DNA of 64,000 nt from an uncultured delta proteobacterium (GTDB lineage: Bacteria; Desulfobacterota; Binatia; UBA9968): the NCBI GenBank assembly GCA_963760795.1, contig CAVXEP010000032.1, forward strand, positions 481,992 through 545,991, in the 5' to 3' direction. Below, one piece after another: positions 20,094 to 31,243 of the stretch; position 1 is the first letter of the stretch, and each line of letters opens with the position of its first letter. Below the pieces are notes generated by a model. That model did not search any database and had not been told where the DNA came from. It was given only the letters and a program-made list of their open reading frames with translations. The position numbers and the translations under genes were made by a program.

Positions 20094-20546
20094 TTAAGTG
20101 TTGCCCAACTGGCGCAAACCTTCATAAAGCACGATGGCAACCGCGTTGGATAAATTCAAACTGCGCACTCCTGCGCCGCTCATGGGGATGCGCAGGGCGC
20201 ACGCGGCCAGGTCCTGCCACATTTCCGCCGGCAAGCCGCGGGTTTCCGGACCGAAGACGAGAAAATCATCTTCAGCGTAGCGCATCGACGTGTAAGAAAG
20301 CTCCGCCTTCTTGGTGAAATAGAGCAGCCTTGCCGGTTTTACTTGGTCGAGAAACTGCTGCCAGTCCTTATGCACATGAAGATCGACGAACGGCCAATAG
20401 TCGAGACCGGCGCGTTTGAGATGCTTGTCATCGATCTTGAAGCCTAGCGGTTCGATCAAATGCAGCGGCGTCAGCGTCGCGGCGCATAAACGCGCGACAC
20501 TGCCGGTGTTGGGCGGAATCTCCGGCTCGAAGAGGACGACCTGCAT
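20094..20546 (-). CDS. trmL: tRNA (cytidine/uridine-34 2'-O)-methyltransferase
   Basis: PEIPPNTG, LKRAGLDYW, FGPETRGL, RSLNLSN. Confidence 0.93.
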   Translation of the reverse strand: MQVVLFEPEIPPNTGSVARLCAATLTPLHLIEPLGFKIDDKHLKRAGLDYWPFVDLHVHKDWQQFLDQVKPARLLYFTKKAELSYTSMRYAEDDFLVFGPETRGLPAEMWQDLAACALRIPMSGAGVRSLNLSNAVAIVLYEGLRQLGNT

Positions 20547-20548
20547 GG

Positions 20549-20986
20549 TTAGACTTCCAACACCAACGTCACCGGCCCGTCGTTGGCCAGGGTCACTTTC
20601 ATATGGGCTTGAAATTGGCCGGTGGCGACGCTTAGTCCGGCAGCGCGCAGACGATTGGCGAATTCTTGGTAGAGATCCTGCGCCAGTGCCGGTGGCGCGG
20701 CGTCGGTGAACGAAGGGCGATTGCCTTTGCGGCAGTCGGCGTACAAAGTGAACTGCGATACCACCAGGATCGCGCCGCCGCAATCCAGCACCGAGCGATT
20801 CATTTTGCCCAATTCATCTTCGAAAATGCGCAGATTTTTCACCTTGTCGGCGAGGGCCGCAGCCTTGTCTGGGTTATCGTCCTTGCCGACGCCAAGAAAA
20901 ATACACAAGCCGGCGCCGATCCGGCTGACGGTTTGGCCGTCCACGATGACACTGGCCTCGCTGACTCTTTGAATTACCGTGCGCAC
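20549..20986 (-). CDS. dtd: D-aminoacyl-tRNA deacylase
   Basis: [19 protein letters not shown]. Confidence 0.95.
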   Translation of the reverse strand: MRTVIQRVSEASVIVDGQTVSRIGAGLCIFLGVGKDDNPDKAAALADKVKNLRIFEDELGKMNRSVLDCGGAILVVSQFTLYADCRKGNRPSFTDAAPPALAQDLYQEFANRLRAAGLSVATGQFQAHMKVTLANDGPVTLVLEV

Positions 20987-21062
20987 TTGTGCTCTAGATC
21001 GGGCATGGACGTAGAAACGAAATTGTTAACAGAGAAGCGTTCTGGTCTCAACAATTAGATTA

Positions 21063-21782
21063 ATGATCGCAACTAGATTTATCGTCTTCGGTTCGGTCGC
21101 CTGGCTCCTGTTCGACGGCGCAACTCTTGCCGCGGCGGCGGATACCGCGGCCAGTGGTAAGGTTGTTGGCATCGTGAGCGTCGCCGGAGTAGCGGAGAAG
21201 CCCAAGCCGCTGCCAGTGTTCAAAAGCCGCTCATTTTGCGGCGCGACGGTGGCCAACGAGACTTTGCTCGTTGGCGCTGACGGGCGCTTGCGTAACGCCG
21301 CGGTGATTCTACGGCCGCTCAGTGGTGGCATTGTCGCGCAGCCGAAAAAACTTGTTCTCGACAATCAACATTGCGCCTTTACTCCCCATGTCCAAGTCGC
21401 GCCCCGAGGCAGCGAGCTCTTGCTCAAAAATAGCGATCCGATCCTGCACACGGTGCATGCACGCTTGGGGCGGGAAACGCTGTTCAATGTCGGATTGCCG
21501 AAATGGCGCCAGGTAACTAAGCGGCTCGACCGCGCCGGTGTCATCAAGATCGACTGCGACGTGCTGCATACCTGGATGAGCGCGGTGATCATTGTCACGG
21601 ACAGTCCTTACTCCTACGTCAGCAACGAAAAAGGCGAGTTTCAATTCGATGGAATACCGGCCGGCAGTTACGAAATAGAAATCTGGCACGAACGGCTGGG
21701 TCGGCAGTCGCAACGAATCGTTGTCCGTGACAATGGCACGACGGCTGTCGATGTGGTCTTCTCAGCGGAAAAGAAACGGTAG
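21063..21782 (+). CDS. Exported cupredoxin-like plus carboxypeptidase-regulatory-like domain protein
   Basis: CAFTPHV, NSDPILHTVH, CDVLHTWM, GSYEIEIWHERLG. Confidence 0.7.
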   Translation: MIATRFIVFGSVAWLLFDGATLAAAADTAASGKVVGIVSVAGVAEKPKPLPVFKSRSFCGATVANETLLVGADGRLRNAAVILRPLSGGIVAQPKKLVLDNQHCAFTPHVQVAPRGSELLLKNSDPILHTVHARLGRETLFNVGLPKWRQVTKRLDRAGVIKIDCDVLHTWMSAVIIVTDSPYSYVSNEKGEFQFDGIPAGSYEIEIWHERLGRQSQRIVVRDNGTTAVDVVFSAEKKR

Positions 21783-21828
21783 TGCTGCTTTTGTTCGGTC
21801 GATCTGTTAGTTTTGCCGAGACGCATTC

Positions 21829-22611
21829 ATGTATCCAATTATTTTCCAACTTGGCCCGCTGACCATTTACAGTTTCGGCGCATTTATGGCGCTAGCGGCG
21901 TTGACCGCGGTTTGGCTGGTCAGTGCCGAACTCAAGCGGCGCGGCCACAATCCTGAGTTGGCGTCGACTATGGTCTTCGCCGCCGCTATCGGCGGGCTCA
22001 TCGGCGCGCGTTTACTGTTTATCATTGAAGAGTGGCAGGGCTTTCTCGCCGCGCCACTGAATTATATTTTCACCGGCGCGGGTTTTACCTGGTACGGCGG
22101 ATTCTTTGGCGGCGCTTTGGCGGCGAGTTGGGTGGTTCGGAAAAACAAAATCCCATGGCTGGCTGGCGTCGACATCGGTGCGCCGGCGTTGGCGCTGGCC
22201 TACGGCGTCGGCCGGATCGGCTGTCACTTCGCCGGCGACGGCGATTGGGGCGCGGTGACAACGGTTCCGTGGGGCGTCGCCTACACCAAGGCGATTGTCG
22301 GTTGGGCCGATCCCTACACCGGGGTTCCCTATGGGCCTGGCGTGCTGGTCCATCCGACGCCCATTTATGAATTTCTCCAAGGCGTATTTGTCTTCGCAGT
22401 GCTCTGGTCGCTGCGCAAAAAAGCGCTGGTGCCGGGAACCATCGCTTGGCTCTATTTAATTCTCGCCGGTCTGATGCGCTTCTTGGTCGAGTTCTGGCGC
22501 ATCAATCCCGCGGTTGGATTTGGCTTTTCCGAGGCGCAGTGGTTTAGTCTTTTACTGGTCGCCGTCGGGGTCGTCATGCTGGTCTTTCGTCCGGCGCGGT
22601 TGGCAACTTGA
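21829..22611 (+). CDS. lgt: Prolipoprotein diacylglyceryl transferase
   Basis: MYPIIF, IGARL, GRIGC, HPTPIYE, RFLVEFWR. Confidence 0.9.
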   Translation: MYPIIFQLGPLTIYSFGAFMALAALTAVWLVSAELKRRGHNPELASTMVFAAAIGGLIGARLLFIIEEWQGFLAAPLNYIFTGAGFTWYGGFFGGALAASWVVRKNKIPWLAGVDIGAPALALAYGVGRIGCHFAGDGDWGAVTTVPWGVAYTKAIVGWADPYTGVPYGPGVLVHPTPIYEFLQGVFVFAVLWSLRKKALVPGTIAWLYLILAGLMRFLVEFWRINPAVGFGFSEAQWFSLLLVAVGVVMLVFRPARLAT

Positions 22612-22651
22612 AACAGGCGCGGTTGCGCGCTAGCTTTGATCGCACTTGGAT

Positions 22652-23050
22652 ATGAAACGCGCGTTTGTCATTGCTGTTTGCTTTTCGATTCTCTACGCCG
22701 GGGCGGTCTGGGCCTATGCCGGATGCGAGAGTCTGTTCACAGCGTCGGCGGGGCATGACCACGGTGACAGTAACGTTGGGCATGCGTCACGATAGCGATC
22801 AGACCATCAGCCCGTCGATTCCGATCCAGGGAAAATCCACTGCCCAAATCTGTTCGGTGAATTTCTCGTCGGGTCGCGTATCTCCATCGATCCCAACCCG
22901 CGTGTCAGTGTATCTGTCGGTTACGAATCCTTCCGGTGCTCGCCGTTAGTCCAGGGACTCAGCGCTTCTCGATTCGATCTCGGACCGCCCGGTCCGATTG
23001 TTTCAGCCCATAATTCGCGTCATCTGTTGCTTTCCGTAATCCGCATCTAA
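22652..23050 (+). CDS. His-rich exported leader-type ORF (DUF2946/CutF-like architecture) with an internal TAG; not in the ORF track
   Basis: MKRAFVIAVCFSILYAGAVWA..GCE..GHDHGD, TAG at 22793, same frame continues DHQP..IHCP..DLGPPGP..RHLLLSVIRI*. Confidence 0.55.
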
Positions 23051-23147
23051 TACCGCGCTCGCGGTAATTTCTTCAGTCAATTTATTGAGTCACACGACCG
23101 ATCGGTTTGTCCGATCAGTCGTTTCTCCTAGCGATTTGGGGAGAATT

Positions 23148-23834
23148 ATGTCGAGCAAATTATTGGCGCTGGGCATTGGCTGGGCGCTCGCGGTCTTTGT
23201 CAGTGCGGCAACCGTCGATTCAGCCGAGCGTGGCGCAGCGAAGAGCCAAGGAGCCGTGCAAGCCGCTGAACCGCATCATCCGCGCAATTGGCGCTTCACC
23301 ATGCCTAAGGGCGATACGGCCAAAGGGCGCACCGTGTTTGAAAAGTTCGAGTGCTACTACTGCCACCGGATCAACGGCGAGGCGTTTCCGGAACCGACTG
23401 ACAGCGCGCCGGAATTGAGCCAAATGGGACAGCTGCATCCGTTAGAATATTTCACCGAGTCGGTGATCCATCCTAACGCCGTGGTGCCGCGCAATCTGCG
23501 CAACCGCGACGGTAGCTCGCCGATGTCGAAGGATCATCTCGAGCGTATGACGCTGCGCGAGTTGATCGATCTATCGAGTTATTTGGCCGGGCTCAAGCCG
23601 CCGACGTTGGCCAAGTCGGTGAACGGTGTCGGCAAGATCGTGGCCGTGGTGCCGCAGTCCCAGGAAGTCGTCATCGACCATGAAGAAATCAAAGGCTTCA
23701 TGGACGCGATGACCATGGGCTACAAGCTGGCATCGCCCGCGCAACTACAAGGATTGAAACCGGGCGACGTCGTGAACTTCTCCATCGATACCGGCAAACG
23801 GGTGATTACCAAGATCGACAAATCTAAGAAATGA
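23148..23834 (+). CDS. Cytochrome c fused to a C-terminal CusF copper-binding domain
   Basis: Signal peptide, CYYCH heme motif, C-terminal VVIDHEEIKGFMDAMTMGY...LKPGDVVNF. Confidence 0.85.
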   Translation: MSSKLLALGIGWALAVFVSAATVDSAERGAAKSQGAVQAAEPHHPRNWRFTMPKGDTAKGRTVFEKFECYYCHRINGEAFPEPTDSAPELSQMGQLHPLEYFTESVIHPNAVVPRNLRNRDGSSPMSKDHLERMTLRELIDLSSYLAGLKPPTLAKSVNGVGKIVAVVPQSQEVVIDHEEIKGFMDAMTMGYKLASPAQLQGLKPGDVVNFSIDTGKRVITKIDKSKK

Positions 23835-23850
23835 ATTTCTGAGGTCAGTC

Positions 23851-24309
23851 ATGAAGAGACAGATATTAAAACTATTCTGAGTGTCTTCACGTTTCCAGCC
23901 TGTGCGGCGTATCAGCCGCAACCGTTGAGCCAGAACCATCCCGCTCATGAAGACGCTGCGCCAGCGCCACGCCAGGCGCCTTCGCTGACGCTGGCATACA
24001 CCCGAGCGGAAATGCCGTCGTCACCAGGCCGTTAGGGCAAGGCCGTCGAGCAGAAGTCCGAGCTGAAACGCCAGCGCAGCGCGGTACAGCAGACCGTAGT
24101 CGGCGAGGGCAAGGTGGTGGCGACGGTGCCGAGTGCCAGCGCAGATCGTCGTCGAGCATGGCGAGATCAAAGGGCTTCATGGACGCATGACCATGGGCTA
24201 CCGGGTGGACCCGCCATCGCTTCTTGACGGGCTGAAGTTCGGCGACAAGGTGCGTTTCACCATCGATGTGCCGAACAAGGCGATCATCAAGATTGAAAAG
24301 ATCAAGTAG
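23851..24309 (+). CDS. Probable lipoprotein with CusF domain, multiply frameshifted; not in the ORF track
   Basis: Frame-hopping read PACAAYQPQPLSQNHPAH...GEGKVVATVP..IVVEHGEIKGFMD(A)MTMGYRV...GDKVRFTID...IEKIK*. Confidence 0.7.
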
Positions 24310-24328
24310 ACAAGAGGAGACCGCAGGA

Positions 24329-25772
24329 ATGCTTTCGGTAAGCAACGCTAGCAATGCTGTTTTTTTCGCTGGTTTTTCTGAGCGGCTGCACGACGGTGAG
24401 CCTCAATGCCGGCTTTCCCGAGGTCGGCGCGTTGGTCGAAGAACGGAGCGGGCTCCAAGTCTTTTGGAACAACGGCACTGATCTAGATAAAGAAGCCGCT
24501 GAGAAACTTGGCTCGTTACTTAAAAACAAGCTAACGGTCGATGACGCCGTCCAGATCGCCTTGCTCAACAATCGCGAGCTGCAAGCGATTTATTCGGATC
24601 TCGGCGTCGCACAGGCAGACCTGGTGCAAGCCGGACTGCTCAGCAATCCGATCTTCGACGCGTCGATAAAATGGCCGATACCCGGCGGCGGCCGGCCGGA
24701 TCTGGAACTCGCCGCGGTCATGAATTTTCTCGATATTTTTTATTTGCCGCTGCGCAGGCGAGTGGCGGCCGCCCGCTTCGAGGAGGCGAAAACCCGGGTA
24801 GGCGGATTGGTGCTGGACTTTGCGGCACGAGTTCGAACCGCCTTCTATAGTGCATCAGGCAAATGAGCAAATGCTCGAGCTGCGTCGGACGATAGTACAG
24901 GCGCTGACCGCGTCATTTGACGTCACGCGACGGCTTCACGAAGCGGGCAATATCACCGACCTCGACTTTGCCCGGGAAAGGGCGCTGCTGGAGGCCGGCA
25001 AATTGGCGCTCCGATCGGTCGAGGTCGCCGTCCGGCAAAGCCGCGAAGATCTGAACATTCTGATGGGTCTCTGGGGAAAACAGACCGAGTGGCAAACTGA
25101 CCAACGATTACCCGAAATACCGCAGCAGCCGATCCAGACGGAGGATATCGAACGTGTCGCGCTGAACCGCAGTGTGGATCTTTTGCACGCCCGGCAACGT
25201 CTCGTGTCTGCGGGCGAGCAGCTAGGACTGAACAAAGCGACAGCTCTGATTCCCGAATCGCACCTGGGCGCGCTGGGAGAGCGCACCGATGGAGCGTGGG
25301 AAGTCGGGCCAGTGCTGGAGTTTCCCATTCCGCTGTTTGATCAGGGACAGGCGCGCACCGGCCGTGCCGCCGCGGAGCTCAGACGCGCCCAGCAGGAATA
25401 CTACTCCCTCGCCGTGCAAATTCGCGCCACTCGCGCGGGCGCTTCGAGACCGAGATGCAGGGGACGCGGGATCGCGCTTTATACTATCGCGACATCATGC
25501 TGCCGCTTCATGAGCGCATCGTTAACGAAGCGCAGCTGCAATACAACGCGATGCAACTTGGACCCGATTCAATTGCTGCGCGCGCGCGAGCAGCAGATCG
25601 AGACCGGCGCTGCCTACGTCGAAGCGCTGCGTGACTATTGGTTGGCTCGGAGCGGAGCTAGCACAGCTCTTGAGCGGTCGATTGCTGGTAGGCGACGGTG
25701 CGCGGGCGAGTCGCGGCCGGCGGCGCAATGACGGGCGCTCGTACACAAGGGCGTAATCCAGAAGGCCATTAA
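24329..25772 (+). CDS. TolC/outer-membrane efflux family lipoprotein (copper-cluster type), frameshifted
   Basis: Lipobox LSGC, AVQIALLNNRELQA, LVQAGLLSNP, FPIPLFDQG, ALRDYWLAR across several frames. Confidence 0.8.
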
Positions 25773-25789
25773 GCGAAAGGAGCGATATC

Positions 25790-27216
25790 ATGGCTAAAAA
25801 GATATCACGGCGGCAAATGCTAGGTATCGGCGCGGCTACCCTAGCCGGCAGCGTTGCGCTCTTGGGAAAAGACGGCCAGGCGAAATCTCATGCAGGCGGC
25901 TCGGCATCGTATCAGCCGTCACCAGGACAACCGAAGTCCGGTTAACCGGCCCTACTGGGAGAAGAGTTACAGCGGCGGGCCGATCGACGTAAAAGCGTTG
26001 CCGGCGGTTTTACCCGGCAAGGGTTATAAACCCGTCGTCGTTCCAAACGGCGGTGCGCTTCCTTTTAAAGTGGTTGACGGCGTCAAGGTTTTTCATCTCA
26101 TCGCCGAGGAAGTGGATCATTTCTTCGATGCCGGCCTGCGGGCGAAGTGCTGGGGCTTCAATGGCCGGGTCAACGGCACGGTCATCGAAGCGGTCGAAGG
26201 CGAACGGATTCGCATCTACGTCACCAACCGATTGTCCGTGGCGACGTCGGTTCACTGGCACGGCTTCTATCTGCCCAACGGCATGGACGGCGTCGGCGGG
26301 CTGACCCAGCCGTATATCAAGGCCGGCGACACGGTGAAATACGAATGGACCCTGCGCCAGCATGGCACCCTGATGTTCCACGCGCACCACGACGAGATGA
26401 CGCAGATGGGCATGGGGATGATCGGCATGTTCATCATCCATCCGCGAAATCCTCCAGCCGGAACATCTCGTCGATCGCGATTTCGCCTTGCTCATGAGCG
26501 AATGGGTGATCGAAGCCGGCACGGCGCGTCCGAATACGCTGGAGATGAACGATTCAACGTCCTCACGATCAACGGCAAAGTGTTTCCGTCGACGGCGCCA
26601 TTGGTCTGCAAAACCGGCGACAAAGTCAGATTGCGGATCGGCAACCTGAGCGCCATGAGCCACCATCCGCTGCACATCCACGGCTATCATTTTCGGGTCA
26701 CCGCGACCGACGGTGAGAATATCCCGCTTTCGGCCCAGTGGCCGGAGACCACGGTGCTCGTCGGCGTCGGCCAGACGCGCAACCTCGAATTCATCGCCGA
26801 CGCGCCGGGCGACTGGGCGCTGCACTGCCACATGACGCATCACGTGATGAATCAGATGGGCCATCAGTTTCCGAACATGGTCGGAGTCAAGCCGGAGGGT
26901 TTGGACGAAAAGCTGCGCCCGCTGCTGCCCGCCTACATGACCATGGGACATGAGGGCATGGACATGGGGCGAATGGCGGAGCTCATGCCGATGCCGAAAA
27001 ATACGATTTCGATGAAAGGCAAAGCCGGGCCCGTTTGGCGACTACATTTCGATGGGCGGCATGATGACGCTGCTCAAGGTGCGCGACCGGTTAAAGAGTT
27101 ACGACGAAGATCCCGGCTGGTACGAACATCCGGCGGGAACGGTGGCGATGAAGGCGAGCGAACAGGAATTGAAACGCGATGGAATCGAATTAACCACGGG
27201 AAGTAACGTCAGGTGA
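25790..27216 (+). CDS. Tat-exported multicopper oxidase (small two-domain type), frameshifted
   Basis: SRRQML twin-Arg signal; HWHG, HAHHD, HPLHIHG, HCHMTHH; corrected C-terminus DPGWYEHPAGT...NVR*. Confidence 0.88.
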
Positions 27217-27391
27217 GCTGACAAAAACCAATGGAGGAAAATGAGAAAGGCATGGAGGCGCAAACGGCAGCGAGCAAGCTCGAGGGAAACCAGTCGAGCA
27301 AGGATCGCTGCGGCAAAGTCAGGCCTGCACCTGATTTTACTAACCGTAGTTCTTTCGGTATTTCGCGAGAATAGTTGAAGGAGGAGTCCTT

Positions 27392-27799
27392 ATGAAAACT
27401 AATAAAGTACGGTTTGCCGGTTTCTTGCTGATTGGATTGATTTTCAGCGGCGACATATTCGGCGCGGCGTCGAATACACCGCAAACGAATTCAGGCGGTG
27501 GTGTTACCGCGAAGGTGACTTATTTGAATCAGGGCGCTACCGATGAGCCCCGATTTCAGGTTGTGCTCGACACCCATTCGGTCAACTTGGACGCTTACGA
27601 CCTAAAAAGCATTGCCGTTCTGCGCGACGACACCGGCAAAGCGTATGCTTCGACGGGTGTGGAAAACAAAGGCAGCGGGCATCATCGGGAAGCGATAGTG
27701 AGTTTCTCTAAATTATCACCGGACGCGAAGCGCGTTGAGCTGGTGATCAAGGATGTCGCGGGAGTGAAGGAACGAGTGTTTCGCTGGAACGTTGAGTAA
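27392..27799 (+). CDS. Exported hypothetical protein with His motifs
   Basis: RBS aggagg, signal peptide, LDTHSVNL and SGHHRE motifs. Confidence 0.75.
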   Translation: MKTNKVRFAGFLLIGLIFSGDIFGAASNTPQTNSGGGVTAKVTYLNQGATDEPRFQVVLDTHSVNLDAYDLKSIAVLRDDTGKAYASTGVENKGSGHHREAIVSFSKLSPDAKRVELVIKDVAGVKERVFRWNVE

Positions 27800-27969
27800 C
27801 CGGCTCTGGAGTTAAATCTCCCGAAACGAACCGCTGTTGTAAAGGAGGTTAGCCATGGATTGTTTACAGAATAACCGGGGTACATAGCGTGGAGGTACAA
27901 CTGGGTTCTGCACATTGGAAAGTGAAAAGATTCATAAACAGAAACGCAAAAACTGAAAGGGGGTTGGTT

Positions 27970-28388
27970 ATGAAAAAATTAATTACCGCAGTGATCGTAT
28001 CGGTGGCGATCGGAGTGTTTCCTCTGATGGCCCAGGAGAAAAAAGATATGCCCATGAAAGAAGGCATGCCCATGAAGGCGAGGCGATGAAGGGCGGCGGC
28101 ATGATGATGGGCAAGATGAAAGAGATGCAGGGGAAAATGGCAGAGATGCAAAAGGGCATGGGCGGCATGATGAAAGGTCAAGGGATGATGAAGGGCGAAG
28201 AGACGAACGAAATGGGCAAGATGATGGGCGGAATGTCGGGAATGATGGGCGACATGGGCGGCATGATGGGCGGCGGAAAGATGACGCCTGAAGAGATGCA
28301 GAATATGTCAAAGATGATGGGCGATATGTCCGGCATGATGAAGCAGATGTCTGAGCGGATGGGGCGAGGGATGAAGACATCGAAGTAG
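27970..28388 (+). CDS. Methionine-rich exported protein; one frameshift near 28078
   Basis: Signal MKKLITAVIVSVAIGVFPLMA joined to a segment with 33 Met in 100 aa. Confidence 0.75.
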
Positions 28389-28677
28389 TGGAGCTTGGGA
28401 AGTGATCATGCATACTCACGACCTATGACATTGGTTAAACGCGCTACCACTCGGACGTTGCTAGCGCAAGAGTGACTCTACGACTGGGGTTGGGGTGGTT
28501 GAATAGCGCCTGGGGCATTGGCATCTTGGGCTTTGGTAATCGCAGGCCGCGTGTTTGGCAGCCGCTATGCTGCCAGGACCCCTGCGTTCCTGCCGGGCAC
28601 GGACCCTAAGACGCAAATCGGTATGAGATCGCAACGTAAGAAATCTAACCAGGTTTTTCTGACAAGGATGTAGTGAG

Positions 28678-31133
28678 ATGATTGATCCAATTTGCGGCAT
28701 GAACGTGGAGCCCAATAGCGCTGCGGGCAGTCACGTTCACAACGGCCAAACCTATTATTTCTGCAGCCATCACTGCCTGGCGAAATTTAAAGAAGACCCC
28801 GAGAAGTTTCTGAAATCGCCCGCGACGGAACATGCTGCGCATGGTCACGGACAACCACACGCGGACACGGCGCAGGCGCCAAAGCAAGATAGAGCGGAGC
28901 ATGCGCATTTATGTCTGTCCGATGGATCCCGAGGTGCGCGAGTCCAAACCCGGCGCGTGCCCGAAGTGCGGTATGGCGCTGGAGCCGGCAGCTCCCGCCG
29001 CTCCTTCGGTGAAGACAGAATATGTTTGTCCCATGCATCCGGAGATCGTCCGTCCCGAGCCGGGAGCCTGTCCCATCTGCGGCATGGCGCTCGAACCGCA
29101 GAACGGTAACTTTGGAGGAAGAAGCCAATCCCGAGCTGGTCGACATGACGCGGCGGTTTTGGGCTGGCGTCGTTTTGAGCGCGCCGATTGCTTTTCTCGC
29201 CATGTCCGACATGATTCCCGGACAGCCGGTCCAGCGCAGTTTTTCTCCCCAGCTGCTCAATTGGTTCCAGCTCGTTCTTGCCACACCGGTGGTGCTCTGG
29301 GGCGGATGGCCGTTCTTTCAGCGCGGCTGGGCGTCCATCGTCAATCGCAGCCTGAACATGTTCACGCTGATCGCCATCGGAGTCGGCACTGCGTTCGTCT
29401 ACAGTCTGGTCGCCACGCTTTTCCCCGACGCCTTTCCGGAGTCGTTCCGCGGCCACGGTGGCGCGGTGGGCGTTTACTTCGATGCCGCCGCGGTGATCAC
29501 CACCTTGGTCTTGCTCGGTCAGGTATTGGAGCTGCGCGCCCGCAGCAAGACCAGCAAAGCGATCAAAGCGTTGTTGGGGCTTGCGCCCAAGACCGCGCGT
29601 CTGTGCGCGACGATGGCACGGAAACGGACGTGGCTCTCGAGCGCGTTCAAGTCGGCGATCGTCTGCGCGTCCGCCCCGGCGAGAAGATTCCCGTTGATGG
29701 AATCGTTTTGGAAGGTACGACATCAGTCGATGAGTCGATGATCACCGGCGAGCCGATTCCGGTTGAGAAGACAAAAGATAGCAGAGTTACCGGCGGAACG
29801 GTTAACGGAACCGGCAGTGTCGTCATGCGAGGCCGAGCGGGTCGGCAGCGATACGCTTTTGGCGCAGATTGTCCGCATGGTTTCGGAAGCTCAGCGCAGC
29901 CGGGCGCCGATTCAGAAACTCGCCGATATTGTCGCCGGTTATTTTGTTCCCGCGGTGGTTCTAATCGCGATCATAACCTTTGTAGTTTGGGCCTGGTTCG
30001 GGCCGGAGCCTGTCATTGGCTTACGGACTGCTCAACGCCGTTGCCGTATTGATCATCGCCTGTCCCTGCGCGCTCGGCTTGGCGACGCCGATGTCGATCA
30101 TGGTCGGGACGGGACGGGGCGCAACGGCCGGCGTGTTGATCAAGAATGCCGAAGCATTGGAGGTTCTAGAAAAGATCGACACATTGGTGGTGGACAAGAC
30201 CGGAACCCTGACCGAAGGCAAACCGCACTTGGCGGCGTTGGTTCCGGCGCCGGGACAAAGCGAGGATGAGATCCTGCGCCTCGCGGCCAGTTTGGAGCGT
30301 GGCAGCGAGCATCCGCTGGCGGCGGCGATTGTCGGCGGCGCCGAGCAGAAAGGATTGAAGCTCGCCGAAACGCGCGATTTTCGCTCGATCACGGGGAAGG
30401 GTGTTGTTGGTACTAGTCGATGGAAAGCGCGTCGCGCTCGGCAATCGCAAACTGTTGGAGGAATTGAAAGTCGAACCGGGTGATTTTTTGAATCAGTCGG
30501 AAACACTCAGAAAAGACGGCCAGACGGTCATGTATATCGTCGTCGATGGAGCTGTCGCCGGACTGGTCGGTGTCGCCGACCCGGTCAAGCAGTCCACCGC
30601 AGAAGCGATCCAGATGCTGCATCAGGACGGAATAAGGATCGTCATGCTCACGGGGGACAATCGAACGACCGCCGAGGCAGTTGCAAAAAAGCTAAGTATT
30701 GATGAAATTCAAGCCGATGTATTGCCCGAGCAAAAGGGCGAGGTGGTGAAACGGTTGCAGGCGGAGGGTCGGATGGTGGCGATGGCGGGGGATGGAGTCA
30801 ATGATGCTCCCGCTCTGGCCCTGGCTCATGTAGGAATAGCCATGGGCACGGGCACCGACGTGGCGATGGAGAGCGCCGGAGTGACTTTGGTCAAGGGCGA
30901 TCTGCGCGGCATAGCCAAGGCGCGACATCTCAGCCGAGGAACCATGCGGAACATCCGGCAGAATCTTTTCTTTGCGTTCATCTACAACGTACTGGGAATC
31001 CCCATCGCAGCGGGAGTGCTCTATCCTTTTTTCGGCATGCTGCTAAGCCCGGTGATCGCCAGTGTCGCCATGACCTTCAGCTCGGTCTCCGTGATTAGCA
31101 ATGCACTTAGACTTAATCAGGTTGGAACTTTGA
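28678..31133 (+). CDS. copA: Cu(I)-translocating P1B-type ATPase with YHS and two heavy-metal-binding domains, at least six frameshifts
   Basis: DPICGM..YYFCS, CPMDP/CPMHP..CPxCGMALEP, [24 protein letters not shown] and MxxSS. Confidence 0.9.
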
Positions 31134-31243
31134 CACATTCTCGGTATGCGCGGCGACGACTGCATTGTACAGATTGCGCTTGCCGCAGGATGAATTGCCT
31201 AGAATGATCTGACATGAGTTGCGACGAAAAACCGGAGGGATAG

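Noticed and set aside
22793-22795. In-frame TAG read as pyrrolysine
   Set aside because: Not a methylamine methyltransferase context; compensating indels next to an error-rich region explain it more simply
27241-27378. 45-aa basic/hydrophobic ORF MRKAWRRK...VFRENS
   Set aside because: RBS spacing is only 3 nt, a competing ORF overlaps it and no family is recognisable
27842-27950. Strong RBS aaggagg plus ATG 27855 (MDCLQNNRGT*), perhaps a relic small membrane protein gene
   Set aside because: Stops after 10 codons and cannot be reconstructed with confidence
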